Assembly: GCA_030704615.1 (NCBI GenBank)
Contig: CM060731.1
Span: 63,240,001 to 63,304,000 of the forward strand
Source of the DNA: Takakia lepidozioides
Lineage: Eukaryota > Plantae > Bryophyta
Direction of reading: 5' to 3'
Length of the DNA stretch: 64,000 bases
Of the stretch, positions 40,292 through 52,341 are shown piece after piece. The notes below the pieces were generated by a model. That model did not search any database. It was not told where the DNA came from and worked only from the letters and a program-made list of their open reading frames with translations. Position 1 is the stretch's first letter. The number at the start of each line of letters is the position of its first letter. The position numbers and the translations under genes were made by a program.

Positions 40292-41075
40292 CAGTGTTGG
40301 GCGGTTCTTGCATTTGTGAAGGAACCTTCGGTTCCGGTTCCAAAATTATTTCAAGAGACGGTTCCGGATCCGGTTCCGGTTTTTATCCGGTTCCGGTCCG
40401 GTTCCAGATCCAACTTTTAAACATGGGGGCCGTTCCGGTTACCGGTTAGTTGCTGATAAAAACCATCGGTTCCGGTTAGGTTCCGGTTCTATTTTAAAAA
40501 TATATTTGTTTAATTTAATTAGATTTAAAATATTTTATCAGTCCGGTAGATTAAATAGCAGTGTATTCACATATTTGAACTAAAATCCAACGATTTTGTT
40601 AGTTTTCACTAACACAAAAAAACAAACAAAAATACTCTAAATAAACTGGTAGAAGAAAATGGGTAAAATTTTATGGGTTGAAAGTACTATTCAGCTACCT
40701 GGCAAGTATTGGCATCTTCAAACATTTTATTAATGAACTTAGCCAGGATATCATGGAGCTGGAGATTGAACCCAAGATCTCATGGCGCTGAAGCATTGAA
40801 CATAGAATCTCATGGCCTTCAAGCATTGAACCCAGGATCTCAGGAGCTTAAGAGCATTAAATAAGTTTTTCCCTGGGCCCACCAGCCCCACCAAGGGGTC
40901 AAGAACCAAGAACCGGAACCGCTTTGGAGCTGGAACCGCCGGTTCCGGTTCCCACACAATCCCCAATGAGCGGTTCCGGTTCCGGTTCTGCACAGGCGGG
41001 TCCGGTTCCGGTCCGGTTCCACATAACCGGAACCGGCGGTTACCCGGGGCCCAGGCGGGTAACCGCCCAACACTG
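40292..41075. mobile_element. Non-autonomous hAT element/MITE
   Basis: Perfect 15-bp TIR CAGTGTTGGGCGGTT / AACCGCCCAACACTG; 8-bp TSD GTTGGTTC (40284-40291, 41076-41083); many subterminal CCGGTT motifs. Confidence 0.95.
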
Positions 41076-43879
41076 GTTGGTTCCGGAATGCCACTGAAGG
41101 GTCCAAGGTTTGGGGATTGATTGGCAGGATATCATAGTCTTCAACGGTGTCTTCAAGTTGATCCAGATGTGGTGAAGACAGTGTGGTCTGAAGCTTGTTT
41201 TTCGAAACATCAACCACCTGCTTGGCTGTCATTATGGCTGTTGTTAGGCTGTTGGCAGCAGCGGCATTCACACTGCCACCTGCAGAGAATAAAACAGACC
41301 CTGTGATTTTCATTTTGCTTTATAACTGAAGTCATTTTGTTTTCTTGTCCCAGCCTCTCACTCATGCATCCATCGCCCCTGCATGCGTCCCTTCATATCT
41401 GCTGTTTGTTTGCGTTTTTCGTTGAAGATCCCAGTTGTACTGCACATGTGATGATTGGTCAGAACAGGTAATCCTCTTTTGGCCAGCTGTGGTGCAATCT
41501 GCCTTGAGCTTGGAAGGCTTGGAAGGCCTTGCAAAATCATGTTGGATTACCCATGACTGTTCTGAGTGCCTTACTAATGATCTGCATTTCATGGCCAATG
41601 GAGCCCATTGTGGATTAAAAACCAGGCATTCTCTCTGACAGCACAGGCAGCAGTGTATCTGCCTACATTTCTGTGGGATCCAACAATGCGACAACAGAAA
41701 AAATACTCAACTGGCGCTAGCTCTAGGATGGCATTTCTCTCATGTGATGCATTTTATAATGGCATGTGGACTGGCCGTGTTGGTTCTGGCTGATGGTAGG
41801 GTGGACAACATACGTGGAGCTTTTGCAGTGGCTCTCATGTTGCAGGGCTAACAGATGGGGCTTAAGCAATTGGCTGATGTTTCTAAGCCGAAAAACAAGC
41901 TTCAGACCACACTGTCTTCACCACATCTGGATCAACTTCAAGACAGGGTTGAAGACTATGATATCCTTCCAATCAATGCCCCAAACCTTGGACCCTTTAG
42001 CAACATCCAGGAAGCAACCCTCCTCATCAGCTGTTGAAAGAAAGAGATTGCATTGACCACTTCCACACAAGAAACTTGTGCACAGGGCTAGCCCCTCTAA
42101 TCAGCTCATTACAAATTGTATTCACTTCCAATATCTTCAAGCTTGGGAGAAGCTCCACCAACTCAGCAGAATTAGGAAAGCACTCCGATTTCCTTCCACT
42201 CTCACCAGAGCCAGTCAAAATACCCACTTCAGTTACCTGCAATTATGAGCTGACTTCCCTCCTATGCTGGGTAGACCCCAGTCTTATATGCCACAGGAAA
42301 TGCCATCTACAGTACAATATTATCAGGAAATGGTGGATGAACTGAGTAGCTACAGGGATGAAAGAGTTCGGTACCTCTTCTCAACCTCGGTTGCTATCAA
42401 ATTAAGGAATGCCCCAGGGAAGGAGCCTTCGAATCTTTGCTGGAGCACCGCTTGGTTTTGTGAGATGTGTCCAAAACTGGGGCATACTCTGGGGACCAAA
42501 GAGGCGGCAAGATGAGGGCTTCAGGACCAGCTTCCATGGGCACTCCCATTGGCCCCCCAAGCAACCGCCTCCTAGAGAGAATCGGCCTCTACAAACATGA
42601 AAGGGTGGTTCCAACTTCCTTGGAGGCCAAATCCATTCTGCCGCCCTAAAATCATGGCACCAATTGCAATGTGGGCCCTTGTCATAGTAAATCAGAATTA
42701 ATATAAGCCTTAGATGAAAATGTCAAAATTCATTGTCTCTCCTAGAATCTATTTACTTTGGATGAAAATCTGTAAGGTTGCTGCCTGTTCCTATAGGAAA
42801 AGACAAATGTTCAGTTCGGGTGCCACAAATCTCAATTGCCCCTTGTGAGAGGATGTCTTTAAGTTGTATTGGGCCCCTTAGCAAAGTGCAATTTCATGGG
42901 GAGCCCCTTACATAGTATTCTATCCCCATCCCCATGTCGACCTTTTTGCATTCGGAAGGTTATGAATGAGGGCGTTTTCGAGATGGAGCTACCGACAGAA
43001 AAGCCAATAGTGCTTCTTTATCTTGGGTCAATTCACATAAGGCGCTAAGGGGTGCCCGGTTACCAACTGCTAATGTACGAAGGAGGCTTTTCCATCTATA
43101 CACTACTCTCTCCTTGAATTACCAACGTCAACCCCAACTCACCCACTTTTATTTGGTGGTCAACCCCTTCTCCTGGCTGGTGCTCCCCCACTGACCCATG
43201 TCAATGCGACCATGTGATCCCAACTGCTCTCCCCTTTTTTGACCCTAAAAAACACTGCCCTTTCAAGTCCACATACATTCCAGACTTGTCCATGTCATTG
43301 CAAACAAAGGTACAATCAGTGGAATGTGGGTATATGTGTAGGTTGCGTGACTAAGATTGAGGAGCGCAAGAAGGGTGTGAAGCTTCACATTAGCCAGTAA
43401 TTCAAATAGTGGGTCCCCAGAGACGGTTGGGTAGGTGAAAACCCATTGTTTTCCTTGTGATCATAGATTCCATGATACTGGATTTAGGGTGGCACCGCAA
43501 GCCAATTTGACCACCCGCTTCATCATTTTGGCCATATCTTTGCATATTTGTGGATCTAGAGGACCCATATCTTTGCATATTTGTAGACCTAGAGGACAAC
43601 CAAGTTGTAGCCGAGAGTTAATGGGCACATACCACCTCGGAAGTGGTTGGGGGTTCAATCCACCGACTGGTATCACAAATGCATCCACCTCCTATCGGAA
43701 GGCAATAGCCCTTCGCGGTCAAGGGACACCATAATTTACACTTCATTTATATATTGAATTATGTTCCCAACTACATCATCTATCCTTTCCACATAAGGTT
43801 ACAATCTCTTGGCTTTTTGCCAAGTTACTTTTCCTTATGTAAAGTTTCAAGGTCCTCCTCCCTTTCCCCTTGCAATCAT

Positions 43880-44141
43880 TAAAATCCCTGTCAATGCCTG
43901 GTCTAACGGTGGGTTTAAAACCAATGTCAACCTAGGGTCTAAAGGTGGGTTAAAACCAATGTCAACCTAGGGTCTAAAGGTAGGTTAAAACCAATGTCAA
44001 CCTAGGGTCTAAAGGTAGGTTAAAACCAATGTCAACCTAGGGTCTACAGGTGGCTAAAAATGTAGAAACCAATGTCAACATCCGGTCTTAAAGGTGGGTG
44101 AAAACTGAAAACCCCTGTCAACGTCTGGTCTAAAGGTGGGT
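43880..44141. repeat. 35-bp minisatellite, ~7 copies
   Basis: AAAACCAATGTCAACCTAGGGTCTAAAGGTRGGTT at 35-bp period; outer copies diverged. Confidence 0.92.
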
Positions 44142-45284
44142 CACCCCAGTTCAACACGCTTTAATACTAAATGTATATTTCTTTCTCACAACCACATTGT
44201 AGCCCAGTGGTACTATGAAATATTAATTCCTGAGTTGAATTTGCTTAAAACCCCAAAAAAGTGGATGATATGCATTGGTAATTAAAACGGAGAAGATATG
44301 TGAATTTTTGCCAAATTTCGACGTCAAAAAATAAAACAGAATATTCTAACGAAAATTCCCTGTTTTTTCATGAATGAAATCGCCAAACTTCTCCAAATAA
44401 AAAATGAATTATGGATGAAATTGCCAGATATGGATGATATAAATGGATTAAAGTACAGAGGTGGATGATCCTCAAATTTTTTTCTTGGGAATATTCTGTC
44501 GCAAATCCCCTGTTTTTTCATGGATGAAATCGCCAAATTTCTCCAAATAAATTAGGGATGATTATGGTACAGAATTGGATGAATTTCAGTGGATGAACAG
44601 AATGTACCCCTATTTTCTGCAAAACTCTGTAGCCACTCGCGCTGTTTTCCAAATTTCTTAAAAAAAACACTGCACATAACGAGCAAAGTTGAGTGGCGGC
44701 GCAGGAAGGCTGATCACATGGATCAGGGATCAATCAAAGAGCAAGAGAGATGAGCGTTTACTTAAGTACTGGAGACTGTCAGTAAGTACTCCCAGTAAAG
44801 TTATGGGAAGATGGAAGTGATTCAGAGGCGACCACCGACCTCCCCTCCTCGTTTTGTTGCGAGTGCAGTTATTGCACAGGTCTTGGGAGGGTCCGCCCCC
44901 GACCAGTGGACCTCACGTTTGACCTTAGGCGGTCTGGTGTGGACGCGGTTTGAGAGACCACCCAATTGATTGTACCGGTCCAGACCCCATCCTTCGGTAC
45001 ATATAGCCGCACAGTTGTGGCCATGCCACACAGCGAGCTCTCTGCCTCTTCTCTTTGTGATCTTGTAGAGGAGAAGTCGGCAGAAAGCTCACACCCAACT
45101 CTCTTCATCTTCCACCGAACTCTCTTCATCTTCCGCACTCGAGCTGCTAGGGAAAAGGTATAGATCTTAATGAATTCCTAACCCCTGCGGTAATCGTTTG
45201 CACAAGATCTTCAAACAGATTTTGAGTGCGGACGGTGAGGTACATCTCTTTCTAGCATACGGCAATTCTAGACCAGCTCCAAAG

Positions 45285-46574
45285 ATGGCTAGTTTACAGG
45301 CAGCGAAATCATTCAAAGGGGAGCTCCGGGTTGTACACGACTACTCAGACATAGATGGAATTGAGCACATCAAACAAGAAGTTAATGATGCTCTCATAGC
45401 ATCAAGGGCAGCTTACGAGTCCACAAGCGAAGGCGCGGTCGAGGTCTTGAATCGAAGCTATGACCTGGATACTACCAGCCAGTATGAGCTTCTCTACCAC
45501 CGAGATCAGGCCAACTCCATGGCATCAGCGACCTGTGGGGGTCACCAACAAGATTTTGTGATGGTGCGTAGCAGCAATGGGTACATCATCGTGGCCTGCC
45601 GTGGAACCTTCTCCATCTCTGACATTATCCAAGATGTGAAGATTGTCAAGGTTCCTGTTCCTTCCACTAAAACAGGACGTGCACAAATCGGGTTCGTGGA
45701 GCGGGCCATGTGCTTGCCTATCGAGCTGTTCGTAAATTTGCTCAGAGCAGGAGAGAAACTCCTTTTCACCGGGCATTCATTGGGGGGTGCAGTGACCTCT
45801 CTCGTAGCAATAAGGGTTCTGGAGACTTTGGCTGCTGTTCCTGGGCATGGGAAAATTTCCAGGGACAGGGTAAAATGCATCACATTTGGGACGGCACCGT
45901 TTGCCAACCTTGAGCTTGCAGACCACGTCAATTCGCAGTATCGAGAGTTTTTCTATAATTTGGTGTCCAAGCATGACGTGGTTCCTCGTGCACACAATTT
46001 AGCTCCCCAGGTTTTCTTCCCAGCAGCAAAGTGGTTGGTCGACACGATGAGCGAGACATGGGAGGTCCAGACCAGCAAGGCCATCATAGAGACCATGACG
46101 GGCATGCCGGTGGTGAAAGTGGCGAACAAGCTGGAGGAGGACATGCAGTGGTTGTGGCCAGCTACCCGACTATTTAAGTACATTCTTGACTGTGCAGCTG
46201 GTGACGAGGAGGCTGTCTTCTATGGCCATTGTGGGTACCTAGTTTTCCTCGATCCTGAGGCTCAAAATCCGAAATCAGTCATTCACATCGATGACATGGA
46301 GAGTTTGGGCAACGAGTTTGGCTTTGAAGGAAAATCGGTTGTTGAGATCTTTGGGGAGCATGGGTTGGCAAACTATTACGGATGCCTGCTGAAAAATCTG
46401 TCGACCATAAATGATCCTTCTTGTGAATTGAAGCTGCCTCCATCGAAATTTTTCGCTCCCAGTCAGCGACTTCCTGTGAGCGTTACCACGTCCATGCTGT
46501 CCAATCTGTCTCCCAGGTCTCTCTTGGTGCAGCTCAAAAGATTCATATTGAGAGCGAGTGGCAACGACTTCTAG
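45285..46574 (+). CDS. Class-3 (fungal-type) lipase family protein, intronless
   Basis: IVACRGT, GFVERA, FTGHSLGG nucleophile elbow, CITFG, HDVVPR, EHGLANY. Confidence 0.88.
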   Translation: MASLQAAKSFKGELRVVHDYSDIDGIEHIKQEVNDALIASRAAYESTSEGAVEVLNRSYDLDTTSQYELLYHRDQANSMASATCGGHQQDFVMVRSSNGYIIVACRGTFSISDIIQDVKIVKVPVPSTKTGRAQIGFVERAMCLPIELFVNLLRAGEKLLFTGHSLGGAVTSLVAIRVLETLAAVPGHGKISRDRVKCITFGTAPFANLELADHVNSQYREFFYNLVSKHDVVPRAHNLAPQVFFPAAKWLVDTMSETWEVQTSKAIIETMTGMPVVKVANKLEEDMQWLWPATRLFKYILDCAAGDEEAVFYGHCGYLVFLDPEAQNPKSVIHIDDMESLGNEFGFEGKSVVEIFGEHGLANYYGCLLKNLSTINDPSCELKLPPSKFFAPSQRLPVSVTTSMLSNLSPRSLLVQLKRFILRASGNDF

Positions 46575-48228
46575 GATCCTTTCAAGCACTTGTAGCATGA
46601 AACTTGAGCTCTAGATAGAACATTTGTACAAATATACAGTGAAACATACCCAGGGGTGCCAGAGACCAAAGTGCTTGAGACCATAGTTCTCTGCATCCAT
46701 CTCGCAAGCCCCAGAAAGAACGACTTCTTTCAAAAGCAATGCCCACATGAATTCCTACAGTTTACGAAGTCGATCACATCAATGATCAATCATTAGCCAC
46801 TTCAAGGGCGACAACATACTGAACATTAACTGAGCCCTACAAGGATTCAGTAACCAAAGGAATGCTCTACATACTTAGAGCAGGTTGGATTTGGAGCCAG
46901 GTGTAGGATACATCGAGAGAGACCCAACAAGAGAACAGGACTTGGACAATTGTGTATTAGTAGTTACTGATTACTAAATTTGGATCTATCCAATTTTGAC
47001 CACTGTCTTGTCCCAGTTTCCAGTTGATGATATATAAAATGATACCAAGGTGCAACTTGAGAACCTCAATATTGAATCAGACTCAGAATCTGAGCAAAGG
47101 CAGAAATGTTGAATGTCATCCTACCTTGCTTGCATGTATGACATTTGAGCGAAGACGTGACTCTCCAGCACGTTTGGGACCAAAAGGTGAAACTTTTCTT
47201 TTGCAAGTCTGAGCATTAGAGATTCATGATATTCGTGTACTGTTCCCGGCTCCATAGTTTAAAGTCCAAAATTGAATACACTGCTGGAGCGTAAATGCCG
47301 CATTAGGCTTGGCTATGAATTGGTTACTCCGAGCTGCCAAGTAGTACGCTGACCTTCTCCAGTTCTCGTTTGCAAATGGCAAGTTTAGCTCAGGGTACCT
47401 CCTCAGCTGTGGCATTAAATAGAGCAACATGGGAGCTGCACTTCTTGATTCCGCTTCTGCGCTGGCATGTTTGCTCAAGGTCCACTGTGCCCAATCCCAC
47501 TTTGTACTCAACTTTGCTACGCTTCAATTCAGTTATAGTGGATAATACCACCACTGCCACAGGCAGACAAAGGATACATGCTTTGAACCCGAGTAGTTGT
47601 AGACAGAGCTCTCTGGATGGAGAGTTCGTGATACTAGGCTTTCCCGTGCCTGCGCTGGCAGCGCCTTGTGGACTGCAACCAGCACTGCAAATGAAATGTG
47701 TCTGCAACATGACCACCCCCTTTTCCATCCCCTGATACTGTTGAAGGCCGACCAAGAAAGGAGGAATCACAAGAGCGGCGCATCCAGCTTGCGCTCTGCC
47801 ATCTCCCTCCCCGATTTCTGGCACATGGAAGGATTTTTCAAGGATTTTTATTAGGGTTTCTATGTACAGACCACCAAACAAAACGCACGGCTGGAAATAG
47901 TAAAAGGGAAGTGGATGGCGAGCAAAGAAGGTTCAAGTACCAGAATAGAAAAAGCAAGAGCGAGGCTTTCTTTTGATAGCACAGAAATGATACCAACAAT
48001 AGTTGGACTCATGGGTATGAATTCTCACAGGCTGACTCTTTCTTTCCCTTCGTAAGGAAATTCTGCTTACGAGATGTAAGCTCACTCCTTTTCTTTTGAG
48101 AATTCTTCACTCGGGGCAAGGACTACGTGCGGTGCTTCACTGGTTCATACCTTACCCTACACGTCTCTTGTCCCAAGCTCCGTGTTACGATCACAAGAAC
48201 ACATTAGAGAGTTTTGTGGGTGGGCAAT

Positions 48229-49320
48229 ATGGAGGAGGAGATTTGGAGCAGGCTTCCTTTGGAGTTAGTGATGCTAGTGTTGGCCTGTTTGCCATATCCA
48301 AGCCTTGCCCGCTTTAAGTCGGTTTGCAAGTTGTGGAACTCCCTCCCATCCACTGCTTCTTTCCAACAACTCTGTCAGCACCTCCCTCTTCACCAACACT
48401 CCTATCTCTTGTTTTTTGGCAGATACTGGCAGGATGGATCCTGGCGTTTGTACGTGGTATACCCCCACAACTCGATGGTGGCACAAGATCGGCCTCAACC
48501 TCCCCAAGCATCATTCAGTATGCAGAGTTCTTGCTGCAGATGGAGGCTTATTTTGCATATTCATGGACAACTACTTAGGGATTCTGTACAATCCTCTGTT
48601 GGACACTTACTTAGAATTGCCTTCCCTGCCTCACGAAACTTCACCAGATTTCTACGTGGAAGGTGTACATATGATTGTGGATAGATGCAGCAACACCTAC
48701 AAGGTCCTTGTGACATCAACCGAGACGACGACGGAGTACGTTGGAGAACGCACATCTACGACTCAACTGGCGATCGTTGGACCGAGACTGGAAACATGCC
48801 CTCAATAACCTTTCGGTATTGTTCAGGAAGTGTGATATGCGGCCCTACTCTCTTTGTTCTAATTTTTACACATGAGAACGAGAAAGACAACAATTTGATG
48901 GCTTGATTGGCACGGGTGTGTGGACTAAAGTTGCTGTACCGATGCCTGATGGATGGAATTGGTATGGTCGACTTGTAGAGAGTGAGGGGCGCCTGTTGAT
49001 GGTTGGTGGGCCGCCTCGGCATCAAATTCACGTCTCACCAACAGTCTGTGTGTGGGAGTTGAAAGTTTCTACAAGGAGTGCAGAGTGGCTGGAGATTGCG
49101 GGAACTAAGCTTAGTTTCGACAAGATGTACAGTTTTCAAGTGTTGAGCCAAGACAATCTCTTATTCATGTGGGACCAGACGCAATGAAGTAATTGTGATA
49201 TATGACATGAAGCAACACACATGGACATCCATTGGATTTCCACCTGAATTGCGAAGGGCCAAGCTACACATGTACACTGTGGGTGTGGTTGCAGGTATTA
49301 GTTTTGGTCCAAGAGTCTAG
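48229..49320 (+). pseudogene. F-box protein paralog, several frameshifts
   Basis: Same F-box N-terminus as 13557; frame changes near 48440, 48725 and 48905. Confidence 0.85.
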
Positions 49321-49755
49321 ACAAACTTTTCTTTTGTTCTAGAACATGTGCCAATTCCATCAGAGTGAAAGAAACCGGGAGACTTGTATGGCTTCTTCTT
49401 TCCCTTCTCTTGTTGGGCTCCCATGAGCCATGCCCTTGGTGCCTCATGGCATGGTTACTTTGAAGGAGATTAGTTTTTCAAAAGTTGTGGTGGGGCAAGA
49501 TTAAAATATGCAACATGCATATTGATGTGATGAAGTTGGTTGTCCCTTATGTGCTCATAACTCTTGAAAGCCTCCTAACCAGTACCCAACATTAATATAC
49601 TGGCATTACATATACTGCACTCTACATCATATACTTCACGACGCCAGCCTAACCTCCCTACATGACAACTTTAACATTCCTACTAGAGCCATCCACCACT
49701 GCTTCGGCAGTATCCATCTTATTGCCATCCGGTCCCTCACAGCCCTCGTGACTAA

Positions 49756-49974
49756 GAGCATCCCTACCGGTGGCTCGGTATAAGGGTAGGTACATCAAGT
49801 GCCTTCTATTGAGGCATGTGCGGAGTGCGCAAGAAGCTGGCGGGGCTGCAGTCGGAATGCTCCCCACCGCGCGTTGTAACGTGCAGCGGTGGGGCATGGT
49901 ATTTGTGTTTTTTTCTCTCTGACACATAACTTTGCCGCTTGCCTGGCTGAAAGCAGGCCCTGGTGCGGATGCTC
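49756..49974. mobile_element. PIF/Harbinger (Tourist-like) MITE
   Basis: Imperfect TIR GAGCATCCCTACC / GGTGCGGATGCTC after TAA; empty site in copy A (~15090, ACTAACAAACACAAAC). Confidence 0.7.
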
Positions 49975-51336
49975 AAACACAAACTAAGGTAGTTACAACC
50001 AAATGTGAGCAGGTCTTGAAATGGACCCCTATTTTTGGGCCGTAAAGTGGGTTCATACACCCTTAAATGGAGACATTGCATTCAATGGGCTAAATTGGAT
50101 GCACTTATGGGCATCCTCCTCTACATGTAGATTTGTTATGTGACCATACACGTACAAAATACTATCCGATGTGTAACTTGATTAGGGCTGCATCTTAATA
50201 AAGCAGAGGTTTTGGTGTACACACTACACACGCTCTTAGCTTAATTATTAACGCTGTATGATGGCCCAAGTGGGTCAGATTTGCGGCGATGTAATTTTCA
50301 TTCAGTGCTGGCTGGCCCTGCTCACATTCAAATTCATAGGCTGCCCATTTGAAATTCATAGGGGCATGCATAACATTAAAAAATAAATAAACAAGATAAA
50401 ACCAAAAAACTGATGCAAGTAAGGGCCAGCCCATCTCCGAGGAGTTCCATTAAGTTTTTTTTTTGTAAAGTCACACTCATTTCCCATAAGAGATCGAGTC
50501 TTTGTGACCAGTCACTTCCATGCCACCATTGTGACATGGAACAAGGGCGGAGTCCTCTCTCTCTCTCTCTCTCTACTGCACTCTATGTAACTGTAATTAG
50601 TCATGTTGTCCAACACTTGACATTCTTCTTTCACACTTCCACATTGTCTTGTTAGGTATTATTCACAAGGAGCTTTGAATTGTGGAGATCCATCTCCCTT
50701 GTTTTGGAGTCCACATTTTACATGGCACATTTCGGGCTGACGGCTGATTGCTGCAAAGAAGATGTGTAACTTGCATGCTTGACCCATGACAGTAGCATGA
50801 TGCATCTGTTTATCCAAGTGCTTCTGAACTTGACCAACACAATCTTGGGAAAAGCTCCATCCAAAAGTTTGGCAATACCACGGTCCTGAAGCAAAGATCA
50901 GAGATACAAATACAGCTTCTTGTCCGCGACCACTAACAAGGTGCGGGAAGAATAGCCTGTAACCTTACCTGGCTTTATATGTAAGATTGGATACACTGGC
51001 AGACAATATCCTGCTCATCCTTAGATGACTCGAGACATCGAACATGAAGATCTCTGCCTGACAAAATTTCAGTGACAGATAATGGGTGAATGGCAGTTAC
51101 CTGTCCAAAGTGCTATTTGTACAAGCACGGACCCCTCTTTATTGGTCATCACTGAACTGAAAATAGACTCGCAAATTTTCAAACTCAAGCAGGAGACAGT
51201 GGAAGTCCTGGGACACCATGATTTTTACATCGTAAAGTGAGCCGGGGGTTAGACATATGGATCACTGCTTGCTTATACCGTGGCCTGCTGAAGAGGCGAT
51301 GGGGCCTCCTTCGATGCCGAACCCTGGAGCACAGGG

Positions 51337-51425
51337 TCAAGGGGCAGCAATTGACATTGGGCGTAGATGCTGTAGCAACTGGTCGGCCAGCACAAGTGCA
51401 ACCATAGCCTCCACCATCGGCACAG
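51337..51425 (-). pseudogene. Second chorismate synthase last-exon fragment
   Basis: AVPMVEAMVALVLADQLLQH. Confidence 0.7.
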
Positions 51426-52060
51426 CTGTCTCAACCCCACCAAACAACATGTCAGCCCTCAGATTTCCCAATGTCAACCACCTCAAGGAATTAGAAGGAA
51501 CTAAACACGGAAGGCAAAGAAGCGTTTGGACGAAGTTGGGCAATTTGCTAAAACCTGTACGCGCTGTAGAGGCAAACACTCGATGTCAATTTGATGTGTC
51601 AAAGATGTCATGCCTACTGGAGCATTCCTGTCGAATTAATCAAGAGCTTGAAGAAACTTGCTCAATCCCTGAAGCTGCAAGATATGCTTAAAATGCGAAA
51701 ATCATGTGAGATCGGCAAGCTCTAAGGTACTTCTGACATGAGCTTCATTGGATTTTATCGTGCAAATGTTTGTAGAGCATTAGAAGTTGTATAAAGTTGC
51801 AGTGATCCAACCCAAGTGTGCAGCGTTAGCGCAGCTCAGGAAACTCTCTTTATCGTTTGAAGAACACTTGTGGAACTCTACGCGATCGAAGCGTGCCCAT
51901 TCCCCGTGCAACCTGTCACACAAAGCCGATAGAGGTTACCTCTCTCCTTCATACCTAGAAAGCATACATCTTACGGATTCACAAATCCACTTGACTTTGT
52001 TATCTTAGGGGTTGCGCATGCTATGTAAATAGCAGCGCTTCCACATCCCAAGGCATACAG

Positions 52061-52341
52061 TATTGACAGAGTTTATAAATCTACACACATCTACAACGAG
52101 ATTTCACAGCCTGAGTCCTACGGTCTGTATATTCAGACATGAGAGAGAGAAGCAGTAAGTAAGAGACAACAAGACAACTGTGTTTGATTCTTGAAAAACA
52201 AGATTTCATAACAGTCAGGCTTCACGTCTATCTGTATTCTGTCCAGTAACGAACAGTCAATATATTTGACCAGCTGTCACTAATTTAAAATCAAACTCCT
52301 CATGATGAAGGTGTGTGGATGTAAATCGTTGTAATCCTACA
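52061..52341 (-). repeat. Copia 3' LTR
   Basis: Near-identical to 62312-62583; preceded on the minus strand by PPT GAGTGGGAG. Confidence 0.95.

Larger units (their letters stand above)
47943..51791 (+). repeat. Dispersed direct duplication, copy B (partner 13275-17341)
   Basis: Colinear with copy A; lacks ~800 bp present at ~16395-17190. Confidence 0.95.

Noticed and set aside
43880-44141. CRISPR-like array
   Set aside because: Units are head to tail with no unique spacers; eukaryotic context (same for 2997-3095)
45285-46574. EDS1/PAD4 ortholog
   Set aside because: No EP domain visible; only generic lipase-3 motifs
47224-47881. Several 95-163 aa ORFs
   Set aside because: No recognisable motifs; most short ORFs in the track are antisense or alternate-frame shadows
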